Below are positions 1 through 11,143 of a stretch of DNA of 64,000 bases, in pieces. The DNA is from Nitrospinaceae bacterium (GTDB lineage Bacteria > Nitrospinota > Nitrospinia > Nitrospinales > VA-1), in contig JBHHVU010000011.1 of NCBI GenBank assembly GCA_046754465.1, positions 11,436 through 75,435 of the forward strand, in the 5' to 3' direction. The position numbers and the translations under genes were made by a program. The notes below the pieces were generated by a model that ran no database searches, was not told where the DNA came from, and saw nothing but the letters and a program-made list of their open reading frames with translations. Within the stretch, counting starts at the first letter, position 1. Every line of letters begins with the position of its first letter.

Positions 1-37
1 ATGAAACTCAAGGAGCGTCCTGGAAGCCCTGCCTGGA

Positions 38-808
38 ATGATCCCAATGACCAAGGCCCAGTCCATTTATACCGAATCCAGAATCATTGACAGCTTTTCC
101 AGACATGCGAAAAGCTATGACCGGCATGCGCATCTGCAAAAGACCATGGCCGAGAGGCTGGCATCATTACTGCCGGACGTTTTGCCTGACCGCGTTCTAG
201 AAATCGGCTGCGGGACCGGAGTCTTTACCCGGCACCTTCTGGCGCATCCCATCCGGTGGCTCGTGCTCAACGATATCGCACCAGCCATGACCGATCTTTT
301 GCGGGAAAGGGTGACCCTTCCCCCATCCGCCAGAATCGTCCATGGCAACGCCGGACGCATGGATTTTGAGTCCGCCGGCCTCATCGCGGCCAATGCCGTT
401 TTTCAATGGTTCCCCCACCCCGGCGACACGCTGTGTCATTTGGCGCGATTTCTGGCTCCCGGCGGCCGTCTGATCTTCAGCACGTTCGGACCCGGAACGC
501 TCCAGGAATTCCGCGAAACCGCTCAACTCCAGAGTCCCGCCACCCTGCTCTCTAGAAAACAATGGAGCCGGTTGATCCGTGGGGCGGGATTGACCCCAAG
601 GGAATCCATTGCCGAAACACGTAAAACCTTTTCACCCAGCACCCTGGCCTTGATCAAGAATCTTCAGCAGATCGGTGCCGCACCGTTTCAAATGATCAAG
701 CCTGGAGGATTGAGGAAACTGATCCGTGAATACGACGCCAATTTTTCCACCCGCCAGGGGATTTACGCGACGTGGGAGTTATTGTATTTTTCCGCCAGCC
801 ATGAATAA
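38..808 (+). CDS. bioC: Malonyl-ACP O-methyltransferase BioC-like (SAM-dependent)
   Basis: N-terminal FSRHAKSYDRHAHLQ, SAM motif VLEIGCGTG, NAVFQW, FSTFGPGTLQE and C-terminal ATWE are typical of BioC. Confidence 0.8.
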   Translation: MIPMTKAQSIYTESRIIDSFSRHAKSYDRHAHLQKTMAERLASLLPDVLPDRVLEIGCGTGVFTRHLLAHPIRWLVLNDIAPAMTDLLRERVTLPPSARIVHGNAGRMDFESAGLIAANAVFQWFPHPGDTLCHLARFLAPGGRLIFSTFGPGTLQEFRETAQLQSPATLLSRKQWSRLIRGAGLTPRESIAETRKTFSPSTLALIKNLQQIGAAPFQMIKPGGLRKLIREYDANFSTRQGIYATWELLYFSASHE

Positions 809-883
809 GTTCCAGGCTTTACCTTTTCCATGTCCTTTCCGATGAGTTTAAAGACGTGAAACCTTGAACCCCTTTACGGATGC

Positions 884-2770
884 ATGATCCAGGATACCCT
901 CCAAAAAAACCTTTCCCTGCTTGAAACGAAGGATCCGCATCTGGTCGCCCGGCTGAAATCTTTCCGTCCCAGCGGCCGCTATCATGCCGGACCCTCCCGC
1001 GGCGGTCCACCCTCGTTGTCCCGCGAACTTCCCGATGGGACGCGGAAAATCCTCCACAGCACTTACGACCCCGTCCGTGAGGCGGGCCGTTTTATCGATT
1101 CCTGCCAACCGCGAAATGCATCCAACTTCATCGTCCTGGGCCTGGGATTGGGATATCACGTTCTGGAACTGATCAAGCGCGCGGCTCCCTCCGCCCGGAT
1201 CGCGATCCTGGAACGTGATTTGGAACCGGTCCATCTGGCGATGTCCCATAACGACTTTTCAACCGTTCTCAACCATCCCGGCGTCAGTTTTCACATAGGA
1301 GTCCGCGGCAGCGAATTGGAACGGGCGCTCGAACGCGGCCAGATTGAGTTCGCCCTCAACGGTTATGTTCCCATTGGATTCAAACCCCTCATGGATTTGG
1401 ATCCCGGTTACTATGGAGAGTTGCTTCAAAAACTGAAGAACCTGTTCCTGGAAAACCGGATCGATGGGAACACCCAGGCGGCGTTTTCAAAATCCTTTTA
1501 CAGGAATATTCTCGACAACTGGCCCCACATCCTTTCAAGTCCGGGAATCCGGTCCCTGGAAAACAAGGGAGCGGGCATTCCGGCGATCCTGGTGTCGGCA
1601 GGACCCTCCCTGGACAAGAACGTGGGACTCCTGCGAGGCGCCGTTGACAAGGCGGTGATCATCACCGTTGCCACCGCCTTGAAACCGGTCCTGGAATGCG
1701 GGATTCAACCGGATTTCGTGGTGGCTCTCGATCCGGATGATTCCACCGTCCGGGCCTTCGGAGTGGACCCTCTCCCGGAAAATCTCTGGCTGGTTTTTGA
1801 TCCGGGAATTCCCCGGGTGATTCCCGATCATTTTCGCAACAATAAACTGGTGATGGAATCGGGGGTTTACCTATCACAATGGATCGCCGAGCACCATGAA
1901 GAAAAGGGAAACCTGGCCAAGACCTTTTCCGTGGCCCATGCGGCGTTTCTTTTCGCCATGTCCCTGGGTTGCGGCCCGGTGATTTTGGTTGGGCAGGACC
2001 TCGCGTTCACCCGCCACCGTTTGCATTGTTCCGGTTCCTTCCATAACCAGATGCACCAGGATTTGATCAGCACCGAGCAGACGATCCCCACCCTGGATCG
2101 GAAAAAATATCAGAGGTACTCCCCTTCCCTGACCTCGGGGCTCGATGTTTTCGGAAGAGTTACGATGACGACCCTGGCCCTGGAAATGTATAAAAACCGG
2201 TTCGCCGGTGAAATCCGGCAAGGGTGCCACGTTTACAACGCCACCGAAGGTGGAGTTCCCATTCCCGGTATAGAGAACCTTTCCCTGCGCGATGTGCTCC
2301 ATTCCTGTTGCCGCCGAAATATCCGCTCCCGAAAAACCCGCCTGTTTCGTGGAATTCGGCCGCCCCCGGGAAGCGATAAAATCCTGCCCGCCCTGGAGAC
2401 CCAGATTTCTCTCCTCCGGCAAATCCTGAAGCGCATGCGGAAACTGAAATCCGTCCACCTTTCGGCAAGAGGGAAGTGGGTTCCGGACCATACCGGTTTT
2501 ATCCGGGAAATGGATTCGCTTTACCAATTCCTCCTTTCGAAACCGGAAACCGCCCGATTGCTTCAAGGATATGCTTATGCGGGTTTCATTGAATGGAAGC
2601 GGGCAAGCAATGAAATCGAGCGCGGGAGGGACAATGGATCGGACACGGGGATTCTTGGGAAGAAATTCGACCGTGACCGGAAATTTTTAACCGTCCTCGA
2701 GGAAGCCGCCCATTTCCTGGTACGGGAGTTCGAACGCATCGTGAAGGAATCCTGCCGCCAAAGGGGATGA
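884..2770 (+). CDS. Motility-associated factor (Maf/DUF115, MptE-like) putative flagellin glycosyltransferase
   Basis: LHSTYDPVREA, GLGLGYH, SAGPSLDKN, LVGQDLAF and NATEGG motifs; 628 aa. Confidence 0.75.
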   Translation: MIQDTLQKNLSLLETKDPHLVARLKSFRPSGRYHAGPSRGGPPSLSRELPDGTRKILHSTYDPVREAGRFIDSCQPRNASNFIVLGLGLGYHVLELIKRAAPSARIAILERDLEPVHLAMSHNDFSTVLNHPGVSFHIGVRGSELERALERGQIEFALNGYVPIGFKPLMDLDPGYYGELLQKLKNLFLENRIDGNTQAAFSKSFYRNILDNWPHILSSPGIRSLENKGAGIPAILVSAGPSLDKNVGLLRGAVDKAVIITVATALKPVLECGIQPDFVVALDPDDSTVRAFGVDPLPENLWLVFDPGIPRVIPDHFRNNKLVMESGVYLSQWIAEHHEEKGNLAKTFSVAHAAFLFAMSLGCGPVILVGQDLAFTRHRLHCSGSFHNQMHQDLISTEQTIPTLDRKKYQRYSPSLTSGLDVFGRVTMTTLALEMYKNRFAGEIRQGCHVYNATEGGVPIPGIENLSLRDVLHSCCRRNIRSRKTRLFRGIRPPPGSDKILPALETQISLLRQILKRMRKLKSVHLSARGKWVPDHTGFIREMDSLYQFLLSKPETARLLQGYAYAGFIEWKRASNEIERGRDNGSDTGILGKKFDRDRKFLTVLEEAAHFLVREFERIVKESCRQRG

Positions 2771-2800
2771 GGGAATCCAATTAATATCCTCTATTCCTTT

Positions 2801-3781
2801 TTACCGTTTGACAGCCTCGAGCAGGCTCGACCCCTCCTCCAGTGGAAATCGCCGGAACGAGCTGAATCCGGCTGCGCGGAGCAGGGATTCGGTTTCCTTG
2901 AACGTGTAGGTTCTGCCCGTTGCGGTGTAAAGGAGCATGGTCATGGCAAACATGGCCGCCTCATAAGGTTCCTTCCGGTTTTCCTTGAGAAACAGGTCCA
3001 CCAGGATGCATCGGCCGCCAGGGACCAGGCAACGGTGAATTTTGCGGAACAGCTTCTTGTTCTCTGCTGGATTATAGATGTGCAGGATGTTGGAATAGAA
3101 GACGGTGTCAAAATCCCTTCCGAAATCGGTCTCGAACAGGTCGCCTTGCTTGAAGGACAGCCGCTGGGCCACGAAATGGTTTTGGTGGATTTCCCGCGCC
3201 ACCTTCAGGGCGGCTGGCCGGTCGAGCAGGGTGGCGGTGGCTTTCTTGTCCTTGCGAAGAATAACGGCGCTGTAGGATCCCGGACCGCTTCCCAGGTCCA
3301 GCAGCCGGCCCACGGGCCGGCGGGTAACGATGCCTGCCACTTTCTCCGAATAAAATTCGCTGCGTTCGTGCATGGCATACGTGAACAGGCGCCTGAATTC
3401 CGGGTCGTCCCCCCCTTCGTATTCGGAAAGATCGCGTCCGTTCTTGATGGATTCCACCAACCGGGACCATTCCTTGCGGTCCTCTCCCCTTAACATAACC
3501 ATGCCTTTTTTGTAATGTGGACTGGATGCGCAGAAATGCTTGAACGTTTCGGGAGTGTTCCGGTAGCGGCCGCCGCGCTTGAAAAGGGCTCCCATGGCGA
3601 CCAGGACGTCAAGAAACATTTCCGTTTCCAGGGGCTGGGTTCCAGCCCGGCGGGCGATCACGCGCGCGGACAGGGCGTCTTTTTTGAGGATGGAAAATAT
3701 TCCCAGTTCCAAAGCCGCCGACAGGGTTTTTGCCTCTTCCAACTGATCGATCTTGTCAAGGATTTGCCGGTAGGTCAGCAC
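2801..3781 (-). CDS. O-methyltransferase (dimerisation domain plus methyltransferase_2)
   Basis: AALELGIF helix-turn region, LLDLGSGPG SAM motif, GDLF, SNILH; start placed at GTG 3781 after GGAGGG (ORF opens at 3796). Confidence 0.75.
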   Translation of the reverse strand: MLTYRQILDKIDQLEEAKTLSAALELGIFSILKKDALSARVIARRAGTQPLETEMFLDVLVAMGALFKRGGRYRNTPETFKHFCASSPHYKKGMVMLRGEDRKEWSRLVESIKNGRDLSEYEGGDDPEFRRLFTYAMHERSEFYSEKVAGIVTRRPVGRLLDLGSGPGSYSAVILRKDKKATATLLDRPAALKVAREIHQNHFVAQRLSFKQGDLFETDFGRDFDTVFYSNILHIYNPAENKKLFRKIHRCLVPGGRCILVDLFLKENRKEPYEAAMFAMTMLLYTATGRTYTFKETESLLRAAGFSSFRRFPLEEGSSLLEAVKR

Positions 3782-3877
3782 GATTTCCCCTCCCACGAAG
3801 AGTTTGCCAGCATGGCCGGGAAGAATTATAACTCAATCGGGGAAAATCCCAAATACGGAACTCATGGGGGAGGAAGA

Positions 3878-4249
3878 TCAACAACCATGTCTATGAAAAT
3901 GATGGTACCCGAAATTATACCAGGGCCGGTAGGGACCTCCATTCCAATACCCCGCCGATCGCTGGTATTGTTTCTTGCAGGCAGAAAATCCGGCATCCCA
4001 GCCGTGTTTGTAGAGATCATCCTGTTGGTACAGTTTGGGATTTTTCTGGAATAAATAGTGGCGGCTGCCTCCGGAAACCAGGCCACTGTCACAACCATCC
4101 CGGTAGCCCTGCCGGTACTCCAGGGGTTGTTGCGGCCCCACGGCCTTTTCCACCTCCGCCATGGAAGTGGACCGCACCGTGGCGGTTCCGGATGTTGCGC
4201 ATCCCGCCAACACCGCGCAAATAATGAGAAGTGGCCATTTCATTTTCAT
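3878..4249 (-). CDS. Hypothetical lipoprotein
   Basis: Signal peptide with lipobox LAGC; YxxGYxDGC / YxxGWxxGFxxC repeats. Confidence 0.6.
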   Translation of the reverse strand: MKMKWPLLIICAVLAGCATSGTATVRSTSMAEVEKAVGPQQPLEYRQGYRDGCDSGLVSGGSRHYLFQKNPKLYQQDDLYKHGWDAGFSACKKQYQRSAGYWNGGPYRPWYNFGYHHFHRHGC

Positions 4250-4446
4250 CGGCTCCTTGGGGAAGATTCAATGATAATTTAATGCCGCACCCATCCTTTG
4301 ACAACCCCCAGGCACAAATTTCCCAGGAGTTTGATTTTCATCGGAATTCTAGGCGGCATCGTTTTGGGACTGCCGCCGTCAAAACAGTGGAATTTGCCTA
4401 TCGGAGGGATTCACGAAATACGGGGTGACGGGCGGGAGGGTGCGAT

Positions 4447-5103
4447 TCATTCGTCCAGGAGAGGATAAATAATTTTTTCCAAATCCTGGCCGGAACCGAA
4501 CAATTTGTGCCGCAGGATGCCCTTTTTATCAATGATGATGGATGAGGGGGTCCCGCAAAGCGCATAGGTTTCGAAAGTCAGCGCGTCGTATTTCTTTTGC
4601 TTTAGATAGGCCCGGATCTGTTGGGCGATCATCTCACGGGTTTTTGGGGGAAGGGACCCGTAATCCGGCATGTCTCTATCGATGATTTTCCGTACCGCCT
4701 CGCTGCTGGGTTCTCCCTCGTTCTTGACCAGTTTGTCCCAGGCCACGGGAAAAGGGATGGGGTATTGAAGCCGGTTGTTTTGGAGAAAATTAGCCTGGCT
4801 AAGGGCGGCCAGGGTTTCACCGGTCACCTCACCCGTATGCAAAAGTTTTTTCAGGTTGGCGAGGTTGTTTTTATCGAAATTCTCAAACGCCGTGGCAAGA
4901 ATCCATACCGCCAGGGGCCGGTCCCTGAACTTTTCGTAAACGCCGATCGTCTCGGGAATCCCCGCCATAAAACAACCCGGGCAATTGACCTGGATGACCT
5001 CGATCAGGAGGACCCTGCCCCTTTCCTGCCCGATGTTGGAAGGTTTCCCCTGCACCCATTGGTCCACGATCAGATCCGGGGCCTTCTCGTTAACCCGTGC
5101 CAT
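4447..5103 (-). CDS. Thioredoxin-fold TlpA/peroxiredoxin-like protein
   Basis: KAPDL...QVNCPGC CxxC motif and GTPS cis-Pro motif followed by IIDKKGILR. Confidence 0.75.
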   Translation of the reverse strand: MARVNEKAPDLIVDQWVQGKPSNIGQERGRVLLIEVIQVNCPGCFMAGIPETIGVYEKFRDRPLAVWILATAFENFDKNNLANLKKLLHTGEVTGETLAALSQANFLQNNRLQYPIPFPVAWDKLVKNEGEPSSEAVRKIIDRDMPDYGSLPPKTREMIAQQIRAYLKQKKYDALTFETYALCGTPSSIIIDKKGILRHKLFGSGQDLEKIIYPLLDE

Positions 5104-5923
5104 GCGAGCCTTCCCCCTGGATTTTATGGATGAGAGGACGAATCAGTTTGATGATGGATTCGGGCGGGTTTTTCTTCAACGCCCCCTCCAGGATAAACAG
5201 CGCGCGGCTCTTTTCTCCCTTGAGATTATAGATAAAACCGAGCATCACTTGCGACAGGTACCATTTGTCGCTGCGGGGGTATTTTTTGACGATGGTATCG
5301 AGTTGCCGGATGGCCTGCGAATATTTCCGGATTTTGTAATACGCCGTTCCCATGCCGAAGCGGATGTTGTCCCGGATGGACCGGGGAGGGTTTTTCCCGA
5401 GGATGTTTTTAAACTTACCGATACTTTTCTTGTATTTGCCGTCGTGGAACAACCGGATGGCCGCTTTGTATTCTCGATGTGAATACCGGTTGGCGGCCCG
5501 CCGGAAAGCCAGGTCTCTCACTTGCAGGCCGATCAGTTTACTCCTCGTTTTCATTGCCGCGAGGTCTTTCTGGATGCGCTCCCGGCGCTTTTCAGCCAAG
5601 GAAATTTTATTCTCGACGGTGTTTTTAAGATCCACGGTTTTGGAATCCATTTCCTGCAAAGAATCCTGCAACGCCTCCATCTGCCGGACGAGCCCTTCCT
5701 GCTTCAGGTACAGTTTTTCCAGACTCCCGGTTATGTCATCCAGTTCTCTCTGGCGGGTCCTCCGCAGCTCCAATTTTTCCTTGGCCGGGGGAATCCAGGC
5801 ATACATTTCCGCGACGGGACCGGGACCTTTCACCACGGGCGCGGAGGGCCCCGGTGCGGAAGCGCAGGACGAAAGAAAAATCAATCCGATTCCCAAGAGG
5901 GAAGCATGGAAATATTTTATCAT
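5090..5923 (-). CDS. Lipoprotein with coiled coil and TPR (CpoB/YbgF-like)
   Basis: Lipobox LSSC, long heptad region, C-terminal TPRs (YKAAIRLF..GKY; FGMGTAYY; IVKKYPRSDK). Confidence 0.65.
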   Translation of the reverse strand: MIKYFHASLLGIGLIFLSSCASAPGPSAPVVKGPGPVAEMYAWIPPAKEKLELRRTRQRELDDITGSLEKLYLKQEGLVRQMEALQDSLQEMDSKTVDLKNTVENKISLAEKRRERIQKDLAAMKTRSKLIGLQVRDLAFRRAANRYSHREYKAAIRLFHDGKYKKSIGKFKNILGKNPPRSIRDNIRFGMGTAYYKIRKYSQAIRQLDTIVKKYPRSDKWYLSQVMLGFIYNLKGEKSRALFILEGALKKNPPESIIKLIRPLIHKIQGEGSHGTG

Positions 5924-5999
5924 TTGCGGTACATTATATTTTATAGGGACTTATTTTAGTCTAACTTATTATGCCTTTATTTTCAAGTAGTTAAAGAAA

Positions 6000-6950
6000 A
6001 TGCCGGACTATTATTCCATTCTGGGGGTCGATCGCAAGGCCACGGAAAATGATATCAAGAAGGCCTATCGAAAACTCGCGATGAAATACCATCCCGACCG
6101 CAACAAAGACAATCCGCGGGCTGAGGAGAAATTCAAGCAGATCAGCGAGGCCTACGCGGTTCTCGCCGACAAGGATAAACGGAAAAATTATGACCGGTTC
6201 GGGGACGAGGGATTCCACCAGAGGTTTTCCCAGGAAGATATTTTCAAGGATTTCGATTTCGCCGAAGCGTTCAAGGGGTTCGGATTCGACCCCCGTGCCA
6301 GTGGAGCCTTCCGGGGGGATAATTCCTTCGCCGGGATTGAGGATTTTTTACGGGGACATGGCGGATTCGAAGGCACGTTTACAAATATGTTCGGGGAAGA
6401 AGGATTTTCCCGCAAGCCACCGGCTCCCACACGCGGAGAGGACCTGGAATCGACCCTCACCATCAGTTTTGAGGAGGCGGCCCTGGGAACTCAAAAAAAT
6501 ATCACGTTTCAAAAAAGCGGAAAAAGGGAGGAGACCAGCATCAAAATTCCACCTGGAATCAGCAGCGGTAAAAAGCTGCGTCTCAAGGGAAAGGGAAATC
6601 CCGGCCCCGCCGGGGCAAAAGCGGGTGATCTGTATTTAAAAATCCAGGTGCGGCCCCATCCCCTGTTCCGCCGGGAAGGCCATGACGTGGAAGTGGACCT
6701 GGAAATTTCCCTCACCGAGGCTCTGCTGGGCACCAGCAAGGAGGTGCCTACCTTGACCGGACCCAAAAACCTCAAAATTCCACCCGGAACGCAAAGTCAT
6801 TCCCGGTTGCGGCTGAAAGGAATGGGCATCCCCAACGCCTCGGGTACCGTTCGGGGCGACCAGTTGGTCCGCGTGATTATCAAAATTCCTAAACAGTTGA
6901 CCCCGAAACAAATGGATTGGATCCGGAAATTGAAGGAAACTGGACTCTAA
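6000..6950 (+). CDS. DnaJ class II (CbpA-like) co-chaperone
   Basis: J-domain with HPD, G/F-rich linker, DnaJ_C domain, no CxxCxGxG zinc fingers. Confidence 0.9.
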   Translation: MPDYYSILGVDRKATENDIKKAYRKLAMKYHPDRNKDNPRAEEKFKQISEAYAVLADKDKRKNYDRFGDEGFHQRFSQEDIFKDFDFAEAFKGFGFDPRASGAFRGDNSFAGIEDFLRGHGGFEGTFTNMFGEEGFSRKPPAPTRGEDLESTLTISFEEAALGTQKNITFQKSGKREETSIKIPPGISSGKKLRLKGKGNPGPAGAKAGDLYLKIQVRPHPLFRREGHDVEVDLEISLTEALLGTSKEVPTLTGPKNLKIPPGTQSHSRLRLKGMGIPNASGTVRGDQLVRVIIKIPKQLTPKQMDWIRKLKETGL

Positions 6951-6969
6951 ATGGATATATTCTTATCAC

Positions 6970-6996
6970 CGGTGAAAACCCGTTTCACCGCCTTTT
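6970..6996 (+). terminator. Putative intrinsic terminator after the dnaJ-like gene
   Basis: CGGTGAAA-acccg-TTTCACCG hairpin followed by ccTTTT. Confidence 0.45.
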
Positions 6997-7065
6997 ATGA
7001 ATCCAGACCGTTCAAAACGCATCTTCACCTAGAAACGTTTTTTTGGATTTCCGGAGCTGAACGCC

Positions 7066-7362
7066 ATGGCGAGGATCATCTTCAAGCCCGATAACATCAC
7101 CCATGAAGTGGAGGATGGAACCTCCCTGATTGACTGTTGCGAGGAGGTGGATGTTTCCCTGTCCTTCGGCTGCACCGAGGGCACTTGCGGGGTGTGCGAA
7201 CTCACCATCCTGAAAGGGATGAAAAATCTATCCCGGGTGACGGAGGAGGAAAGGGATTATCTTCTGGAAGAGGACCTTGAAAACGGAATGCGTCTGGGGT
7301 GTCAGTTGAAGATCAGAAAGGGCGAGGTCGAGATCTCCTGGAAAGGCAACCGCGCGAAATAG
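7066..7362 (+). CDS. [2Fe-2S] ferredoxin
   Basis: FGCTEGTCGVC...RLGCQ cysteine pattern. Confidence 0.9.
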   Translation: MARIIFKPDNITHEVEDGTSLIDCCEEVDVSLSFGCTEGTCGVCELTILKGMKNLSRVTEEERDYLLEEDLENGMRLGCQLKIRKGEVEISWKGNRAK

Positions 7363-7403
7363 CCCCGTCTTTCCGATAAATTTTTCCCCCGGTTCCTGCC
7401 CGC

Positions 7404-8021
7404 CTATTTTTTCCAGCGCCAGTCCTCTGGATCGCCCATCCCCGGTTCCCAGAGAAACTCTGTTTCATCCAGAGAGACGGCGGCCCATCGTCCGAAAACA
7501 AACAATGCGTCGGACAACCGGTTGATGTAGGTAAGAATCCACGGGTCCACCTTCTCCTTGCGGCTGAGCCGCAGGATATCTCTTTCCGCGCGGCGGCACA
7601 CGCAGCGCCCCTGGTGCAGGAAGGCGGTGACCAGGCCTCCGCCGGGAAGAACGAAACTTTTCAAGGGTTCCAGTTCCTCGTTCATGGCGTCGATCACCTG
7701 TTCCAGCCATACCACATTGCCTTCCGTGAGGGCCTTTTCCGACGATGCGGTTTGTTGAGATTCCGGGGCGGTTGCCAGCAGGCTGCCGATATCGAACAGG
7801 CGGTGCTGGATGGTGCGCAGGATAATTTCCAGCTTATCCCGGGGTTCCGAATCCGGTTTCCGCTGGTTAAAGCCTCTAACGATGCCCAGCAGGCTGTTGA
7901 GTTCATCCACGGTCCCGTAGGCTTCGACGCGGGGGTGATCCTTGCCGACCCGCAACCCGCCGGCCAGCGAGGTCTCTCCCCGGTCGCCGGTTTTCGTATA
8001 TACCTTGTTGATCCGAATCAT
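7404..8021 (-). CDS. Cob(I)alamin adenosyltransferase, PduO type
   Basis: KVYTKTGDRGET, AYGTVDELNS, FVLPGG, RCVCRRAER, YINRLSDALF; start at ATG 8021. Confidence 0.9.
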   Translation of the reverse strand: MIRINKVYTKTGDRGETSLAGGLRVGKDHPRVEAYGTVDELNSLLGIVRGFNQRKPDSEPRDKLEIILRTIQHRLFDIGSLLATAPESQQTASSEKALTEGNVVWLEQVIDAMNEELEPLKSFVLPGGGLVTAFLHQGRCVCRRAERDILRLSRKEKVDPWILTYINRLSDALFVFGRWAAVSLDETEFLWEPGMGDPEDWRWKK

Positions 8022-8168
8022 CCCGGTTCCTATCCAGAAAAATTTCCCAGAAACCCAGCCAATTATCCCCAACCGGCCGCACACCGCCATCTTAGAATGA
8101 TTGTAGCCTTTCCTCCCGTTGCAAAAAACAAAATTTTATGGGGTGGCGGGCAATGCGGCATTTATCCC

Positions 8169-8197
8169 TTGACTTAAACGGCTCCTTTATATATATT
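8169..8197 (+). promoter_or_regulatory. Sigma70-type promoter of the pyr operon
   Basis: TTGACT-N17-TATATT just upstream of the PyrR-binding loop. Confidence 0.6.
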
Positions 8198-8213
8198 TTT
8201 TAGAGTCAAATAA

Positions 8214-8245
8214 CCTTTAAGGCAGTCCCGTGAGGCTGCCAAGGG
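8214..8245 (+). promoter_or_regulatory. PyrR-binding RNA stem-loop
   Basis: CCTTTAAGGCAGTCCCGTGAGGCTGCCAAGGG contains the ARUCCNGNGAGGYU consensus, directly upstream of pyrR. Confidence 0.85.
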
Positions 8246-8278
8246 AAAGTCTGGATGGAAAATCCTTATCTCCGTCTC

Positions 8279-8889
<611 letters not shown>

Positions 8890-8900
8890 GAAACATTTCC

Positions 8901-9836
8901 ATGGCGCTCAAGGTAAAGCATATTCTGGGAACGCGGGACCTGTGCCGGGAGGACATCGAAACCATACTGGATACCGCGGAATCCTTTAAGGAAATCTCCA
9001 CCCGCGAGATCAAGAAAGTGCCGGCCCTCCGGGGCCGGACGGTCATCAACCTGTTTTTCGAGCCCAGCACGCGGACCCGGACCTCGTTTGAAATCGCCGG
9101 GAAACGGCTGAGCGCGGATGTCATCAACATCACGGGTTCTACCAGCAGCACGGTCAAGGGTGAAAACCTGATCGACACCGCCCGCAACCTGGAGGCAATG
9201 AATCCGGACATCCTGGTGATCCGCCATTCCAGCTCGGGGACCCCTTCCCTGCTGGTCCCGTTCGTGAAATGTCCGATCATCAACGCCGGGGACGGTGCGC
9301 ACGAGCACCCGACCCAGGCCCTGCTCGACCTGTTGACCATTCGCGAACACAAGGGTTCCCTGGACGGATTGAAGGTGGCCATTGTCGGTGATATCCTGCA
9401 TAGCCGCGTAGCACGGTCCAACATCTTCGCCATGCATACCATGGGGATGGATGTCACCGTCGCCGGCCCGCCCACGCTGATCCCGCTGGAAATCCAGACT
9501 CTGGGCGTCGCGGTGAGTCACGACCTGGCCGCGGCCATCCGGGACGTGGACGTGGTCATGATGCTGCGGGTGCAAATGGAAAGACAAACCCGGTTCCACT
9601 TTCCCAGCCTGCGGGAGTATTCGAATTATTTCTGCCTGACTTCCGAAAAACTGAAGAACGCGAGTGATGAGGCCTTGATCATCCATCCCGGCCCGGTCAA
9701 CCGGGGGATCGAAATCTCGCCAGAGGTGATGGACGGTCCCCGTTCCCTGATCCTGAACCAGGTGACCAACGGCGTGGCGCTGCGCATGGCGCTTCTTTAT
9801 CTCCTTTTGGGGGGAACTAATGAAGATCTTGATTAA
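8901..9836 (+). CDS. pyrB: Aspartate carbamoyltransferase catalytic subunit
   Basis: [36 protein letters not shown]. Confidence 0.97.
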   Translation: MALKVKHILGTRDLCREDIETILDTAESFKEISTREIKKVPALRGRTVINLFFEPSTRTRTSFEIAGKRLSADVINITGSTSSTVKGENLIDTARNLEAMNPDILVIRHSSSGTPSLLVPFVKCPIINAGDGAHEHPTQALLDLLTIREHKGSLDGLKVAIVGDILHSRVARSNIFAMHTMGMDVTVAGPPTLIPLEIQTLGVAVSHDLAAAIRDVDVVMMLRVQMERQTRFHFPSLREYSNYFCLTSEKLKNASDEALIIHPGPVNRGIEISPEVMDGPRSLILNQVTNGVALRMALLYLLLGGTNEDLD

Positions 9837-11112
9837 AAACGGCCGCTTGATTGACCCCGCCAACGGGCGGGACGGCCGCTTCGATTTGCTGATCGACAAG
9901 GGGAAGGTCCGGGCCGTGGAGAAGCGGGGCGGCCTGCAAGCCACCGTTATCGAAGGAGCCCAAGTCATCGAGGCCGGGAACCGGATCGTTTCTCCGGGAT
10001 TCATCGACATGCACGTCCATTTCCGCGAGCCGGGATTTGAGTACAAGGAAACCATCGAAACCGGTTGCCGCTCCGCCGCGGCGGGGGGGTTCACCTCGGT
10101 GGCGGTGATGCCCAACACCGACCCGGTCAACGATAACCGTTCCGTCACGGAACTCATCCTGTCCCAGGCCCGGGAGAAGGGCATCGTCCATGTTCACCCC
10201 ATAGGAGCCATCACACAGGGCCTGAGAGGGGAAATCCTGTCCGACATGGGTGACCTTAGGGATGCGGGGGTTGTGGCCTATTCCGACGACGGCCGGCCGG
10301 TGACCAACAGCGAATTGATGCGCCGGGCCTTCGAATACAGCCGGATGTTCGGGTTGCCCTGCATCCAGCACAGCGAGGTATTGGACCTGACCGAGGGCGG
10401 GTGCATGCACGAGGGCCGGGTCTCCATGGAATTGGGACTGAAAGGCATGCCCACCGAAGCGGAGGATATCATGGTTTACCGGGATATCGCGCTCCTGGAA
10501 AAGACGGGAGGCCGGCTGCACGTGGCCCATATCAGCAGCGGCAACGCGGTGGACCTGGTCCGTACCGCGAAATCCCGGGGACTCCCGGTGACCTGCGAGG
10601 CCGCGCCTCACCATTTTACCTTGACCGATGAAGCAGTGCGCGGTTACGACACCAATACCAAAATGAGTCCGCCGTTGCGGACCGGGAAAGACATCGAAGC
10701 GATCAAGGCCGGCCTGAAAGATGGTACCATCGATATCATCGCCACCGATCACGCGCCCCACGACATTACCGACAAACAGGTGGAGTTTACGGCGGCGAGT
10801 TTCGGCGTCGTGGGATTGGAAACCGCCCTGCCTCTGACCCTCTCGCTGGTTGAGGAAAAGGTCCTCACCCTGCCCCAGGCGGTGGAAAAGCTCACCTCCC
10901 GGCCCGCCGAAATCTTCCACCTTAACAAGGGATCTCTCGGTGTCGGCCAGGGTGCGGATGTTGTTATATTTGATCCCGAAGCCGAATTTGTTCTGGACGT
11001 CAACCAGTTAAAATCCAGAAGCAGGAATTCTCCCTTCCACGGCTGGAAGATGCGGGGAAAAGTGATGCAAACCCTGGTTTCGGGAAAGATCGTTTATACC
11101 CACTCAGATTGA
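9820..11112 (+). CDS. pyrC: Dihydroorotase (class I)
   Basis: [28 protein letters not shown]. Confidence 0.95.
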   Translation: MKILIKNGRLIDPANGRDGRFDLLIDKGKVRAVEKRGGLQATVIEGAQVIEAGNRIVSPGFIDMHVHFREPGFEYKETIETGCRSAAAGGFTSVAVMPNTDPVNDNRSVTELILSQAREKGIVHVHPIGAITQGLRGEILSDMGDLRDAGVVAYSDDGRPVTNSELMRRAFEYSRMFGLPCIQHSEVLDLTEGGCMHEGRVSMELGLKGMPTEAEDIMVYRDIALLEKTGGRLHVAHISSGNAVDLVRTAKSRGLPVTCEAAPHHFTLTDEAVRGYDTNTKMSPPLRTGKDIEAIKAGLKDGTIDIIATDHAPHDITDKQVEFTAASFGVVGLETALPLTLSLVEEKVLTLPQAVEKLTSRPAEIFHLNKGSLGVGQGADVVIFDPEAEFVLDVNQLKSRSRNSPFHGWKMRGKVMQTLVSGKIVYTHSD

Positions 11113-11143
11113 AAAAAATGGCGCGTCCGATCGAAACAATTCC

